Shown: in pieces, positions 30,399 through 39,333 of the stretch
How positions within the stretch are numbered: the first letter of the stretch is position 1
How the letters are laid out: every line of letters begins with the position of its first letter
Source: an uncultured Pseudomonadales bacterium
GTDB lineage: Bacteria; Patescibacteriota; Microgenomatia; UBA1400; UBA1396
Length of the DNA: 64,000 bases
Assembly (NCBI GenBank): GCA_964603945.1
Contig: CAZRWP010000003.1
Location: 6,830-70,829, forward strand
Direction: 5' to 3'
Position numbers and translations under genes: made by a program
The notes under the pieces: generated by a model
The model's input: the letters and a program-made list of their open reading frames with translations, nothing else
What the model was told of the DNA's origin: nothing
The model's database searches: none

Positions 30399-32414
30399 AT
30401 GATAGAAGACATGCCCATGCAGATGGCTTCGGCCGTCGGTATACCGTCGAAAACCTCTTGGTCGACGACCGCCCTGCGTCGATCCGCTGGCGGTGTGATT
30501 TATGTGGCGGCTGGCTTCTCTGGCGACGAACAAACACCTGGCCAGGGTCGGGAGTTTGTCCACTGGCTGGAAGACCGGAATTTTGAAAGTCCAGCTCAAC
30601 TTTATCAATTAGTTCGTAATTATTGGCAAGAGGTGAGTGGCAGTACGGCCGCCTCAATCGCTTTAGTTTTTCAGCAGGACACTCACATTACTGTAATGAG
30701 TTTTGGCTTTGCCATGATTGGCTTGCTGCGCGGTGAAGAAAGTCGCTGGTTAATCGACGGGCAGGGTGAGGAACAGGTGCTGGAGGGTAGTCTGCAGTCT
30801 GGCGACAGATTGTTGTTGGCTACCGCTCGGGCGCGCGATATTTCTCCAAGCTTAGAAATTTGGCAGAATGCTACCGCTGACGATATCGCCAGCGATTTGT
30901 TTGGCCGGATAAGTTCACATCCAAATTCTGGCGAGTTAGCTTACAACGTGCTGGAGTGGAGGGATCAGTCGCCAGTTCACTCAGCTAATGTTGAAGAAGA
31001 TGCAGGTGATTATTCCGATTTAGATAAAAATTCCCCTGCTGATGAAGCTCAATTTGAGATAAACCAGGGACAGGCGGGAAATGAAAAGTATTTGGATGAT
31101 CAGTCAGGTGTGAGCGGCCAAGATCTTGAAGAAAAAGGGCAGACAGCGCCAGGTGCTAGTCACACGTTTACTGCCGATTCACGCCCATCAGTGCCAAAGA
31201 GTCCGGTTGGATCTTCTCACTTAATTGCCCCCGAAAAAATAGCGGCGGGTATTGTGGCTACTCAGCAGGAACAAGTGCAGAAGGTAGAAAAGCAAAGGCT
31301 GAGCGATCGCTGGGTGGGAATTATTGCTCGATTGCAAAGTTTGAGCTGGCTCCGTCTGGTGGTCGCGATTGTTTTAATTGGCGGTGTGGTTGGCGGCGTA
31401 ATGATTTGGCGCGAGTTAAACATTCGTCAGGAAAATCGCGACGTAATTGTGCCGCTAGAGCAGGAAGTGGAGGCACTACAAACAATTCCGGAAGAGCAAC
31501 GGTTAGAACAGCGCGACAGCGCTAAGTCGCTGTTGGAGCGTTTGCAGGCTACGCGCGTAAATTCACGTTCCAATCGCACTCGTTTAATCGAATTGACAAC
31601 ACAGGTAGAGCAAATTTATCAAACCGTTTCTGGTGAGCGAGACGTGGTAAATCTGCCGATTTTTTACGATTTTAGGCTGGTGGTGGCCAACTTCCTGGCA
31701 ACCAAGGCCGATCGATTTGAAGATCAAGCGGTGTTTTTGGATGCCAATGAAAAGAAGTTAATAAATCTTAATTTACAGTCAAAAAATAACCGCACAGTTT
31801 CTCAGGAAGCTTTAGCAGACAGTCGCGATATTGTGGCTGACGCCTTACGGGCAGTTGTTTTAAAGCAGGAAACGGTTGAGGAAATGCCTTATAGCGGTGA
31901 TGCGCCAACCGTTATTTCAAATTTAAGTGATATGACTGAACCGGCTCTATTGGATGAATTTGGCACAAATTTATATGTTTTAGACAAGGGCAGGCAACAA
32001 CTTTGGCGGATAAATCAGGAAAATGAATCTGCTAGTCCTTCGGCTTGGATTAGATCGGCGCCTGGCGTGGATTTTGCCTCGACTACGAGTTTGAGCATCG
32101 ATGGCGACATCTGGCTGGGAACAAATCAGGGCAACATTTATCGATTAAGACGCGGCGAGCGCTTGGAATTTTTAGTTGAAGGTTTGTTGGAGCCATTCAC
32201 CTCAACCTTGTTGCTAGCTACTACCGAAGATGGAAATAAATTAGCCGTAGTTGAGCCGGCACAAAACCGCCTGGTTGTGTTAAGTAAAGACGGCGTATAC
32301 CAATTACAGATGAAGTCCGAACAAATTGGCGGCGTGACCGACATATTTTTAAGCCAAGATGAGCGTTATGCCTACCTGGTGGCAGGTAGTGTGGTTTACC
32401 AAGTTGAGATTTAG
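30399..32414 (+). CDS. Single-pass protein with degenerate PP2C-like N-terminal domain and C-terminal beta-propeller
   Basis: GSLQSGDRLLLAT (PP2C-like), a TM helix, then NLYVLD and SIDGDIW (propeller blades). Confidence 0.6.
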   Translation: MIEDMPMQMASAVGIPSKTSWSTTALRRSAGGVIYVAAGFSGDEQTPGQGREFVHWLEDRNFESPAQLYQLVRNYWQEVSGSTAASIALVFQQDTHITVMSFGFAMIGLLRGEESRWLIDGQGEEQVLEGSLQSGDRLLLATARARDISPSLEIWQNATADDIASDLFGRISSHPNSGELAYNVLEWRDQSPVHSANVEEDAGDYSDLDKNSPADEAQFEINQGQAGNEKYLDDQSGVSGQDLEEKGQTAPGASHTFTADSRPSVPKSPVGSSHLIAPEKIAAGIVATQQEQVQKVEKQRLSDRWVGIIARLQSLSWLRLVVAIVLIGGVVGGVMIWRELNIRQENRDVIVPLEQEVEALQTIPEEQRLEQRDSAKSLLERLQATRVNSRSNRTRLIELTTQVEQIYQTVSGERDVVNLPIFYDFRLVVANFLATKADRFEDQAVFLDANEKKLINLNLQSKNNRTVSQEALADSRDIVADALRAVVLKQETVEEMPYSGDAPTVISNLSDMTEPALLDEFGTNLYVLDKGRQQLWRINQENESASPSAWIRSAPGVDFASTTSLSIDGDIWLGTNQGNIYRLRRGERLEFLVEGLLEPFTSTLLLATTEDGNKLAVVEPAQNRLVVLSKDGVYQLQMKSEQIGGVTDIFLSQDERYAYLVAGSVVYQVEI

Positions 32415-32573
32415 TTTTTAGGGATCTATAGTCTGAAAATTTTTGTCGCTTTTCTGATTTGTTCTGATATTATTCTGCCGAATAATTAATGTTTTTTCGG
32501 CAACTTTTATCATCTCTAGAAAATCAAGGGTTGATTCTATGACTAATGTTATTTAAGGTATAGAACTATTGCT

Positions 32574-33113
32574 ATGAGTAACGAGCGAAATACAGAAATA
32601 CCACCGCTTCTTCATCGATTGCAAACCGAATCAAATGAAGTCGGAGATAAAGATTTAGGGAGTCCTTCTGGCGAAGATCAGCTGGAAATGTTGTTGGATG
32701 AGCTAAGTGCCATGGCTAATCCGCTTGGAAATTTAGCCCAGCCAGATTTGAGCCCAAAACAACAGGTGGCAGTAAGCGGATTTTATGATGAAGTGGATAA
32801 AAAAGAGCTGGAGGTAATGGAAAATATTAAAAGGGCAATTAGTACAGCCGCCGATCTGGATGAGTTGTTTAGGAATCTAAAACCTCTTAAACGTCATCTC
32901 AAAACTTTGATTGAAAATAATGAAAACAGCAATGACAGACAGCATGAAATTGTGGTTGAGACAGTTATTGGGCCGTTACTGGCTAATGAAAAATTAAAAC
33001 CTTGGCACCGCAAAGTTATTTCAGCACTGGCTAATACTGATCTGTTAAGTCAATTAAATACAAGGTTTTTAGATAGTGGTCGTCTAGATGATTACTTGTC
33101 TAATCAATCTTGA
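32574..33113 (+). CDS. Hypothetical protein
   Basis: 179-aa ORF; no motif recognised. Confidence 0.6.
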   Translation: MSNERNTEIPPLLHRLQTESNEVGDKDLGSPSGEDQLEMLLDELSAMANPLGNLAQPDLSPKQQVAVSGFYDEVDKKELEVMENIKRAISTAADLDELFRNLKPLKRHLKTLIENNENSNDRQHEIVVETVIGPLLANEKLKPWHRKVISALANTDLLSQLNTRFLDSGRLDDYLSNQS

Positions 33114-35578
33114 GTTGTATTTTTGTCTTCAAATCCCGATTGCCCAACTGATCTAGCTTGCCACTGACTGGCTTCATACATTTGTTCAACCGAGACAACA
33201 TATCTTTCTGGGGTTGCTGGTGCTTGAGCCTGCTCGCCTTCAGGCGGATTTTCTTCTCCCTCTTGAGGTGTGCTGACACGCTGGCAGTCATAACAATAGT
33301 CGCGTGTAAATGGGTCGGTTAGCAAAACGTGCTCTTCGAGTTTTAATTTGTCGGTGGGGTCGCCTTCACGGGCGGGCAATCCGGTTTGTTCAGCAATCCA
33401 AGTTTGATGCCAGACATTTTCAGGGGCATCTGGTTGAGTGCCTTGCCAAAAGTAATCGGTGGTCATTTCGCAGGCCGGTCCAGCCGGATTGGGCAGGGCG
33501 CCAGAGCGGCGGCAGAATGAAGCTTGGACAACTTGTTCCGGCTGGGCCGGCCACTCACTTGGTTCTCCTTCATGATAATTCTCCAAAAGATAACTCATAA
33601 TGCCGTTCCAAATTGGGGCGGCTCCGGTGATTCCAGAAACTAAGTAAGGGTTCATAGCAGTGTTATTGTTGTTGCCCACCCAAGTAGCCACGACATAATC
33701 TGGATTGTAACCTATAGTCCAGTTATCGCGCAGGTCATTGGTGGTGCCGGTTTTGGCGGCGACTTTATAGCCAGGCAAGTAGAGGTTGGAGCGGGAGCCA
33801 AAAGCTGAGGAGCGAGCTTGGTTGTCAGTCAGAATATCATTCATGAGCCAGGCTACTTCGCGGTCCAAGACTCGTTTGATGTTGTCGGGGTCATTACTAG
33901 CGGCCGCCGCAAAATCTGGCTGAGGTCGGTCGGTGGCGTCGCCGTCTGGAGTTAAAAATAGCTGTTTTTCTACTTCCTGACGACGCTGGTCGGGGTCAAT
34001 TTCATACAAAACATTGCCTTTATAATCTTCAACTCTTAAAAGGGAGGTGAGCGGGACCTTGACACCCTCATTAGCCATAACGCCATAGGCGGTAGCCATT
34101 TCGGTCATGGGAATTTCGGCGGCGCCCAGGCCAAGTGAAACACCATAGTTTTCAGCGGTTCTAAAAGTGGTAATGCCCATGGCTGAGCCAACTTCAATTA
34201 AGCCGGGCACAGTATTAATGGCTGTAACTTTCACAGCTGGCAAATTATATGAATTAGCTAGTGCTTGGCGCATGGTGACTGGCCCATGATAACTGCCGTC
34301 ATAGTTGCGGGGACAATATGTGCTACTTCCGGCGGCTTCAAAACAAGTAGGAATATCTAACAGCATTGATCCAGGCGTGAGCTTGCGCAATTGAAAGGCG
34401 GTGGCCAGATTAATTGGCTTCATGGATGAACCAGGCTGGCGCGGGCGTACGGTCATGTTGATTTTACCTTCTGAGGTGGCGTTGAAATAATCGCGGGAAC
34501 CTACCATCGCTAAAATTTCGCCGGTACCTGGCCGAGTCACTAACGCTGAGCCATTGCTTATTTTGTGGCGCTCTAAATTATCAATTTCAGCTGACACTGT
34601 GGCCTGAACAACTTCCTGTAAATCTAAGTCCAAAGTGGTTGTAACGCGCAAGCCGCCGCGCTCCACAACAGCTTGTCCATACTCTTCAATCAGCTGGTCG
34701 CGGACGTAAAACACAAAGTGTGGCGCCTTGATATCAATTCGGGGCTGAGCAAAATTAAGCTCCTCTAGCTTAGCCGCCTCTGCTTCCTCTTTTGTTATGA
34801 ATTTTTCCTTGGCCATACGGTCTAAAACGGTAGCTTGGCGCGCCTTACCCATTTCTGGAGAACTGCCAAAAGGTGAGTAGCGAGTTGGTGATTGGGGCAG
34901 TCCGGCTAGATAAGCCGCTTCGGCCAGGGTTAGATCTTTAGCTGATTTATCAAAGTAAGTTTGGGCCGCCGCCTCGATTCCCCAGGCGGTGCCGCCATAA
35001 GGAACGTAGTTTAAATACATCTCTAAAATATCGTCTTTGGAATAGCGGATTTCGGTGAAGGTGGTTAAAACCGCTTCTTTAATTTTTCGCTCAAAAGTTC
35101 GCTCACGTGTTAATAAAGAAACTTTAACTAATTGCTGGGTAATGGTTGAGCCACCTTGCAGGCTTTCACCGCGAAGATTATTGTAAAAAGCACGCAAAAT
35201 ACCAACATAATCCAAGCCAAGGTGACGATAAAAATTTTGATCTTCAATGGCAATTGTCGCCTGAACTAGATAGGGAGGTAGACTTTCCAACTCAACCGGC
35301 GTGCGGTTAGTATCAGCAAAAATCTCATACAAAAGCTTGTTATTACGGTCAAAAATTTGGGTGCTGACAGCAAAGCCTTCATTAGTTTCCAGTTTGTTAA
35401 CTGACGGCAAGTCCTTAATAAAAGTAATAGTCACAACCAATAATCCAATTAAAGTTGAGATCGCAACCAAACCCAAAGTTTTTACCAGCATTGATTGGTG
35501 GTTCCACTGAGTTAAGAAATACCGGCCAGCCTTTCTCGGCTGACGGATTGAGCGATTGAGTTGTTTCCACCACTTCAT
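33104..35578 (-). CDS. Class A penicillin-binding protein (PBP1A family; transglycosylase plus transpeptidase)
   Basis: EDQNFYRH, QGGSTITQQL, RKIKE, SSMK, SYN and KTGT. Confidence 0.95.
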   Translation of the reverse strand: MKWWKQLNRSIRQPRKAGRYFLTQWNHQSMLVKTLGLVAISTLIGLLVVTITFIKDLPSVNKLETNEGFAVSTQIFDRNNKLLYEIFADTNRTPVELESLPPYLVQATIAIEDQNFYRHLGLDYVGILRAFYNNLRGESLQGGSTITQQLVKVSLLTRERTFERKIKEAVLTTFTEIRYSKDDILEMYLNYVPYGGTAWGIEAAAQTYFDKSAKDLTLAEAAYLAGLPQSPTRYSPFGSSPEMGKARQATVLDRMAKEKFITKEEAEAAKLEELNFAQPRIDIKAPHFVFYVRDQLIEEYGQAVVERGGLRVTTTLDLDLQEVVQATVSAEIDNLERHKISNGSALVTRPGTGEILAMVGSRDYFNATSEGKINMTVRPRQPGSSMKPINLATAFQLRKLTPGSMLLDIPTCFEAAGSSTYCPRNYDGSYHGPVTMRQALANSYNLPAVKVTAINTVPGLIEVGSAMGITTFRTAENYGVSLGLGAAEIPMTEMATAYGVMANEGVKVPLTSLLRVEDYKGNVLYEIDPDQRRQEVEKQLFLTPDGDATDRPQPDFAAAASNDPDNIKRVLDREVAWLMNDILTDNQARSSAFGSRSNLYLPGYKVAAKTGTTNDLRDNWTIGYNPDYVVATWVGNNNNTAMNPYLVSGITGAAPIWNGIMSYLLENYHEGEPSEWPAQPEQVVQASFCRRSGALPNPAGPACEMTTDYFWQGTQPDAPENVWHQTWIAEQTGLPAREGDPTDKLKLEEHVLLTDPFTRDYCYDCQRVSTPQEGEENPPEGEQAQAPATPERYVVSVEQMYEASQWQARSVGQSGFEDKNTTQD

Positions 35579-35772
35579 AGTTTAATTTGATTTATTATAC
35601 TCGGGTGTTGATATTATCATTGTTTGCTTTTGATTTTTGTAAGGGAGCATTTTAGCGATACAAAAACATTTTTTAACAATAACCATTTGGCTACAGAATA
35701 AGGTGTCTCAACTCCTGATAAGTGATAGCCGGTCTTTAACCTTTGGTAAAAAAACGTTAGGCTGTATTAGTC

Positions 35773-36330
35773 ATGCAATACAAAACTCCCTTTGCTCTTA
35801 CGCCTGCCCTGCGACGTTTTTTGGAACCGGAATTAGTCGATCATATTCAGGACAGTTTGACTTTAGTTCATCAGATGGAGGAGCCGGATCACTATAGTAC
35901 GTATTACGATTACGCCTTTATGGTTTTTCCAATTGCCAAAGCGTATGAAGGGTTTTTAAAACAATATTTTGTTAAATTGGGCGTGATAGATCAAGACAGC
36001 TACCGCGATCGTCATTTTAGAGTGGGGCGCAGTTTTAATCCCGACTTGCCCAATCGCCTTAAAGATAATGTTTGGATTTATGATGATGTCCGTGCGTTTT
36101 GCGGAGAAAAAACCACCAGATCTTTATGGAATATGTGGGTGGATGGGCGAAATCACACTTTTCATTACTTTTCTGACAACCGCAACCGGCTTAATTATGC
36201 CCAAGCCAAGCGTTTAGTTGAGCGATTTTTAGAATCAATGGAGTTAGCTATGGTTTGTCATTTGCAGAGATCTGCCCCTAAAGCAAAGCAGAGCTTAAGT
36301 ACAAAGGCGGAAGTTCAAACTTCGGCATAA
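35773..36330 (+). CDS. RnlA/LsoA-like HEPN RNase-domain protein
   Basis: DYAFMVFPIAKAYEGFLK and the HEPN Rx4H motif RNHTFH. Confidence 0.65.
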   Translation: MQYKTPFALTPALRRFLEPELVDHIQDSLTLVHQMEEPDHYSTYYDYAFMVFPIAKAYEGFLKQYFVKLGVIDQDSYRDRHFRVGRSFNPDLPNRLKDNVWIYDDVRAFCGEKTTRSLWNMWVDGRNHTFHYFSDNRNRLNYAQAKRLVERFLESMELAMVCHLQRSAPKAKQSLSTKAEVQTSA

Positions 36331-36455
36331 TGGCTTTGCAATCTAAAAAACTTCTTAATTCAAGACTAATTTTTACTTAAGACTAACTAATTCTTCCCTC
36401 AACTTTAGCTGACATAATAGGTGACATAGTCGAGAGAATACTTTACAATCCATTC

Positions 36456-37157
36456 ATGCAAAGCCCAAGCGCCCGCGATTCCCAAACTCCAATTAATACT
36501 GATCAAAATTCGCTAATTCGCAACATCACTATATCTGGCCTGCCAGGCAGTGGTTCGACCACCTTACTTCAGGAGTTAAAGAATAAATTGCAATTTCATG
36601 GTTGGCGGGGATTTTCCGGTGGGGAATTTATGCGTTCCTACGCTGAAGAAAATGGATTTATTGATCCAGCCACAGGCAAGCTCCATCACGATGCTACTGT
36701 TTATGGTGAAGATTTTGACCGCCAAGTTGACTATGGCATGCGTGAGCGTTTGGAAAGTGAATCGGGCTGGATTCTGGAGTCCTGGCTTTCCGGATTTTTA
36801 GCGCAAAATGTTCCAGGTGTATTAAAAATCCTACTGGTTTGCTCCGATGACGCTGTGCGGATTGACCGGATCGTCAATCGCGACGAGGTAAGTGTGGAGG
36901 AGGCCAAACATCACTTATTAGACAGAGCAAATAAAAACTTAACCAAATGGAGCGCCATGTACGCCAAGGAGTGGCAGGACTGGGTGGTGGCAGTTGGCAA
37001 AGCCAAATCGGATGAAGAAATTGATTTCTATAAACCAGAGCTCTACGATATAGTAGTAGATACCTACTCTACGAACAAAAATGACACCCTAGAGATAGTA
37101 CTCAAAGCCATTTATGCCTCGCGACCAGAGCTCCAGCCGCCGCCTACATCAGCTTAA
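36456..37157 (+). CDS. cmk: Cytidylate kinase, archaeal type
   Basis: ITISGLPGSGSTT, SGG.FMR, ILESWLSG and YDIVVDT. Confidence 0.8.
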   Translation: MQSPSARDSQTPINTDQNSLIRNITISGLPGSGSTTLLQELKNKLQFHGWRGFSGGEFMRSYAEENGFIDPATGKLHHDATVYGEDFDRQVDYGMRERLESESGWILESWLSGFLAQNVPGVLKILLVCSDDAVRIDRIVNRDEVSVEEAKHHLLDRANKNLTKWSAMYAKEWQDWVVAVGKAKSDEEIDFYKPELYDIVVDTYSTNKNDTLEIVLKAIYASRPELQPPPTSA

Positions 37158-37956
37158 AACTAAGCATGGTGATGGTACAGCGCGTCAAAAAAAGTCGCTG
37201 GCGGCTGTAAGTTCGCTGGCTCCACCAGGCGGGAAAAAGTCCAAAAAGCTTTCAGCGCAAACTTTTTCAACTACTTTTGATACCATGACGCCGTCTGGCC
37301 ACCGACAAGTTTTTGGTCAATTGTATTCTTTCTTTTTCTTCATGCTGACGCTTTTATTAGTCTGGGTAGGTTACCGATCCTTTTTTCAGGGCTTGCCGGT
37401 TTGGTTCGACGAAGGCGTCGCTAAAGCCTTAATTTTTGGCGTGCCGGTAGTGTGGTTCGCTAGCCAGTCGCGGTTTATTGCCAATGAACTTGGCTTGAAT
37501 GAAGATCAGTTCTTGCCTGGAATGTTTTTGGGCATCGCGGTGGGCGGGCTTTATGGCTTTGCCGGCTTGTTGATTCAAGTAGCCGCTGGCCAGGAGGTGG
37601 TTGAAGGCGCGCTATTTGCCAGTACCGGTTTTTGGTGGTTGGCCTTCCTGGCTTTGCTAACAGCCTGGTGGGAGTCGCTATTTTTCTTTGGACTGCCGAT
37701 TCAGTATGTGCGCAGTATTGCACCTTGGTTTTCTGAAACCTTGCTGGCGGTGTTTGTAATTGGCATCTTTTTACTCTTCCACGCGCCATTGCGAGTGCTG
37801 GTAACTGGCATTCAGCCGCAGTTTTTAATTCAGATGGGATTACTGGCATTATTTGCGGTGGGACAATTCATTTTCTATATGAGAACTAAGAATATGTATG
37901 CTCTGATTCTGTCCCATATGCTGTGGGGATTGGTAATCGAGATCTACGCAGTGTAA
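37114..37956 (+). CDS. CPBP/Abi-family intramembrane glutamic endopeptidase-like protein
   Basis: Multi-TM with WESLFFFG (variant of EExxFRG), FLLFH and SHMLW. Start uncertain (37114 or 37285). Confidence 0.7.
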   Translation: MPRDQSSSRRLHQLKTKHGDGTARQKKSLAAVSSLAPPGGKKSKKLSAQTFSTTFDTMTPSGHRQVFGQLYSFFFFMLTLLLVWVGYRSFFQGLPVWFDEGVAKALIFGVPVVWFASQSRFIANELGLNEDQFLPGMFLGIAVGGLYGFAGLLIQVAAGQEVVEGALFASTGFWWLAFLALLTAWWESLFFFGLPIQYVRSIAPWFSETLLAVFVIGIFLLFHAPLRVLVTGIQPQFLIQMGLLALFAVGQFIFYMRTKNMYALILSHMLWGLVIEIYAV

Positions 37957-37975
37957 GATATCAACTTCGCTGTTT

Positions 37976-38503
37976 ATGAAATGGCCTTGGAAAATAAGTC
38001 TTGTTTTGCTGGTGCTCGGCTTGATTGTGGTGTTTTTCTCTTTGCAATCACTGCAGAGCAAGGCGGTGGCGCAGGAGTTAGCGATGAGTGATCGGCCAGA
38101 ACACAAAGATTATTTGTTGGAACATATGTTTGATACTCAGATGCCTGGTTCCTTGTCTTATCAGGTTGAGCGGGGCACAGAAAAGCTGAAGCTCATGTCT
38201 GAGTCCGGTGAAAACCGCACTAACGAGCAGTTGGCTAGGGCAAAACACCGCCTGGAGGCTAGTCAGTATGCCTGGCAGCACGATCACACTTCTGAGGCGA
38301 TCCAGACCCTAAACAAGGCCTTTATTTATCTTTCCCATACTACCGAATCAGCTAATCATTTGGCTCAAAAAACTGAGTTAGCTGATGAAATGGTCAAGAC
38401 CATAGACGAGTGGACTCAATCAGGTGCGTCTGATTCGGAAAAATGTTTACTGAATGAGTTGTCCGCACAATTGCAGGCAGTGCGTCAGCACTATCATTTT
38501 TAG
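37976..38503 (+). CDS. Exported hypothetical protein (DUF5667-like)
   Basis: N-terminal TM/signal sequence and MPGSLSYQVER..E..KL. Confidence 0.6.
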   Translation: MKWPWKISLVLLVLGLIVVFFSLQSLQSKAVAQELAMSDRPEHKDYLLEHMFDTQMPGSLSYQVERGTEKLKLMSESGENRTNEQLARAKHRLEASQYAWQHDHTSEAIQTLNKAFIYLSHTTESANHLAQKTELADEMVKTIDEWTQSGASDSEKCLLNELSAQLQAVRQHYHF

Positions 38504-38571
38504 AGGCTTTCCAGCCAGTCAATTGTTTTCCCAAATCACTAATTTTTTACTTATTCTCTTTTGACGAGAGA

Positions 38572-38655
38572 AGGATCATCCTTGCCGTTAGTTTCCTCAA
38601 GAAGGATCATCCTAGGATGATCCTTCCAGGCAAGCGGATGGGCAAGGATGATCCT
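38572..38655. repeat. 84-bp palindromic cassette, family A, copy 3
   Basis: Same units and geometry; upstream of nrdR-nrdJ. Confidence 0.95.
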
Positions 38656-38720
38656 TCGTCTTTTAAACTTTCTTCCTTCTCCTTCTCCAACAAACCTCTT
38701 ACCAAACATCCCCTTTACAA

Positions 38721-38768
38721 CCCCCCTCCATAGTGTTTTACTGATTCTCCGACCGCTACCAGTAGCGT
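38721..38768. promoter_or_regulatory. Possible degenerate tandem NrdR boxes
   Basis: Palindromic CCGCTACCAGTAGCGT (38753-38768) and a half-match ending TAGTGT 32 bp upstream, in front of nrdR-nrdJ. Confidence 0.3.
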
Positions 38769-38835
38769 TTTGGACCTTAACAATAAGATTGATGGATGCA
38801 CCCAAAGATCCGTCGAAAATGAACACATAAAGTCT

Positions 38836-39333
38836 ATGCAATGTCCATATTGTGGCAAACAACAAAGCTCAGTTTTAGAGAGCCGATTAGCCGAAGATAA
38901 CCGTGCTATTCGCCGGCGTCGTGTTTGTGAATTCTGCGAGAAACGTTTTACCACTTATGAGCGTGTTGAGGGTGTCGATTTGGTCGTCACTAAGAAAAAT
39001 GGCGTTAGTGAATCTTTTGACCGTGAAAAAATCCGCAAGGGAATCGTTAAAGCCACCTGGAAGCGACCGATCGCCATGTCAGATATTGATGAATTAATTG
39101 ATGACGTGGAGCGCCGCTTGCGACAGCGCAAAAACACTAAGGTAAAAAGCTGGGAAATCGGCAATTTGGTCATGAATCGCCTGCGCAAGCTGGATGCAGT
39201 GGCCTATCTGTTATTTGCTTCGGTTTATAAAGATTTCCAGTCATTTGAGGATTTTGAAGAAGAAATCAGTCGTCTCCGCACCGGGAGCGACCAGGACTCT
39301 AATTCACCAGAAATAGGAAAGGGTACGGCATGA
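38836..39333 (+). CDS. nrdR: Transcriptional repressor NrdR
   Basis: MQCPYC..VLESR..IRRRRVCEFCEKRFTTYE plus ATP-cone (AYLLFASVY). Confidence 0.97.
   Translation: MQCPYCGKQQSSVLESRLAEDNRAIRRRRVCEFCEKRFTTYERVEGVDLVVTKKNGVSESFDREKIRKGIVKATWKRPIAMSDIDELIDDVERRLRQRKNTKVKSWEIGNLVMNRLRKLDAVAYLLFASVYKDFQSFEDFEEEISRLRTGSDQDSNSPEIGKGTA

Noticed and set aside
38551-38865. ORFs crossing family A cassettes (also 60416-60640) that share the peptide WKDHPRMILLEE
   Set aside because: The shared peptide is just the translated DNA repeat; there is no independent coding evidence.
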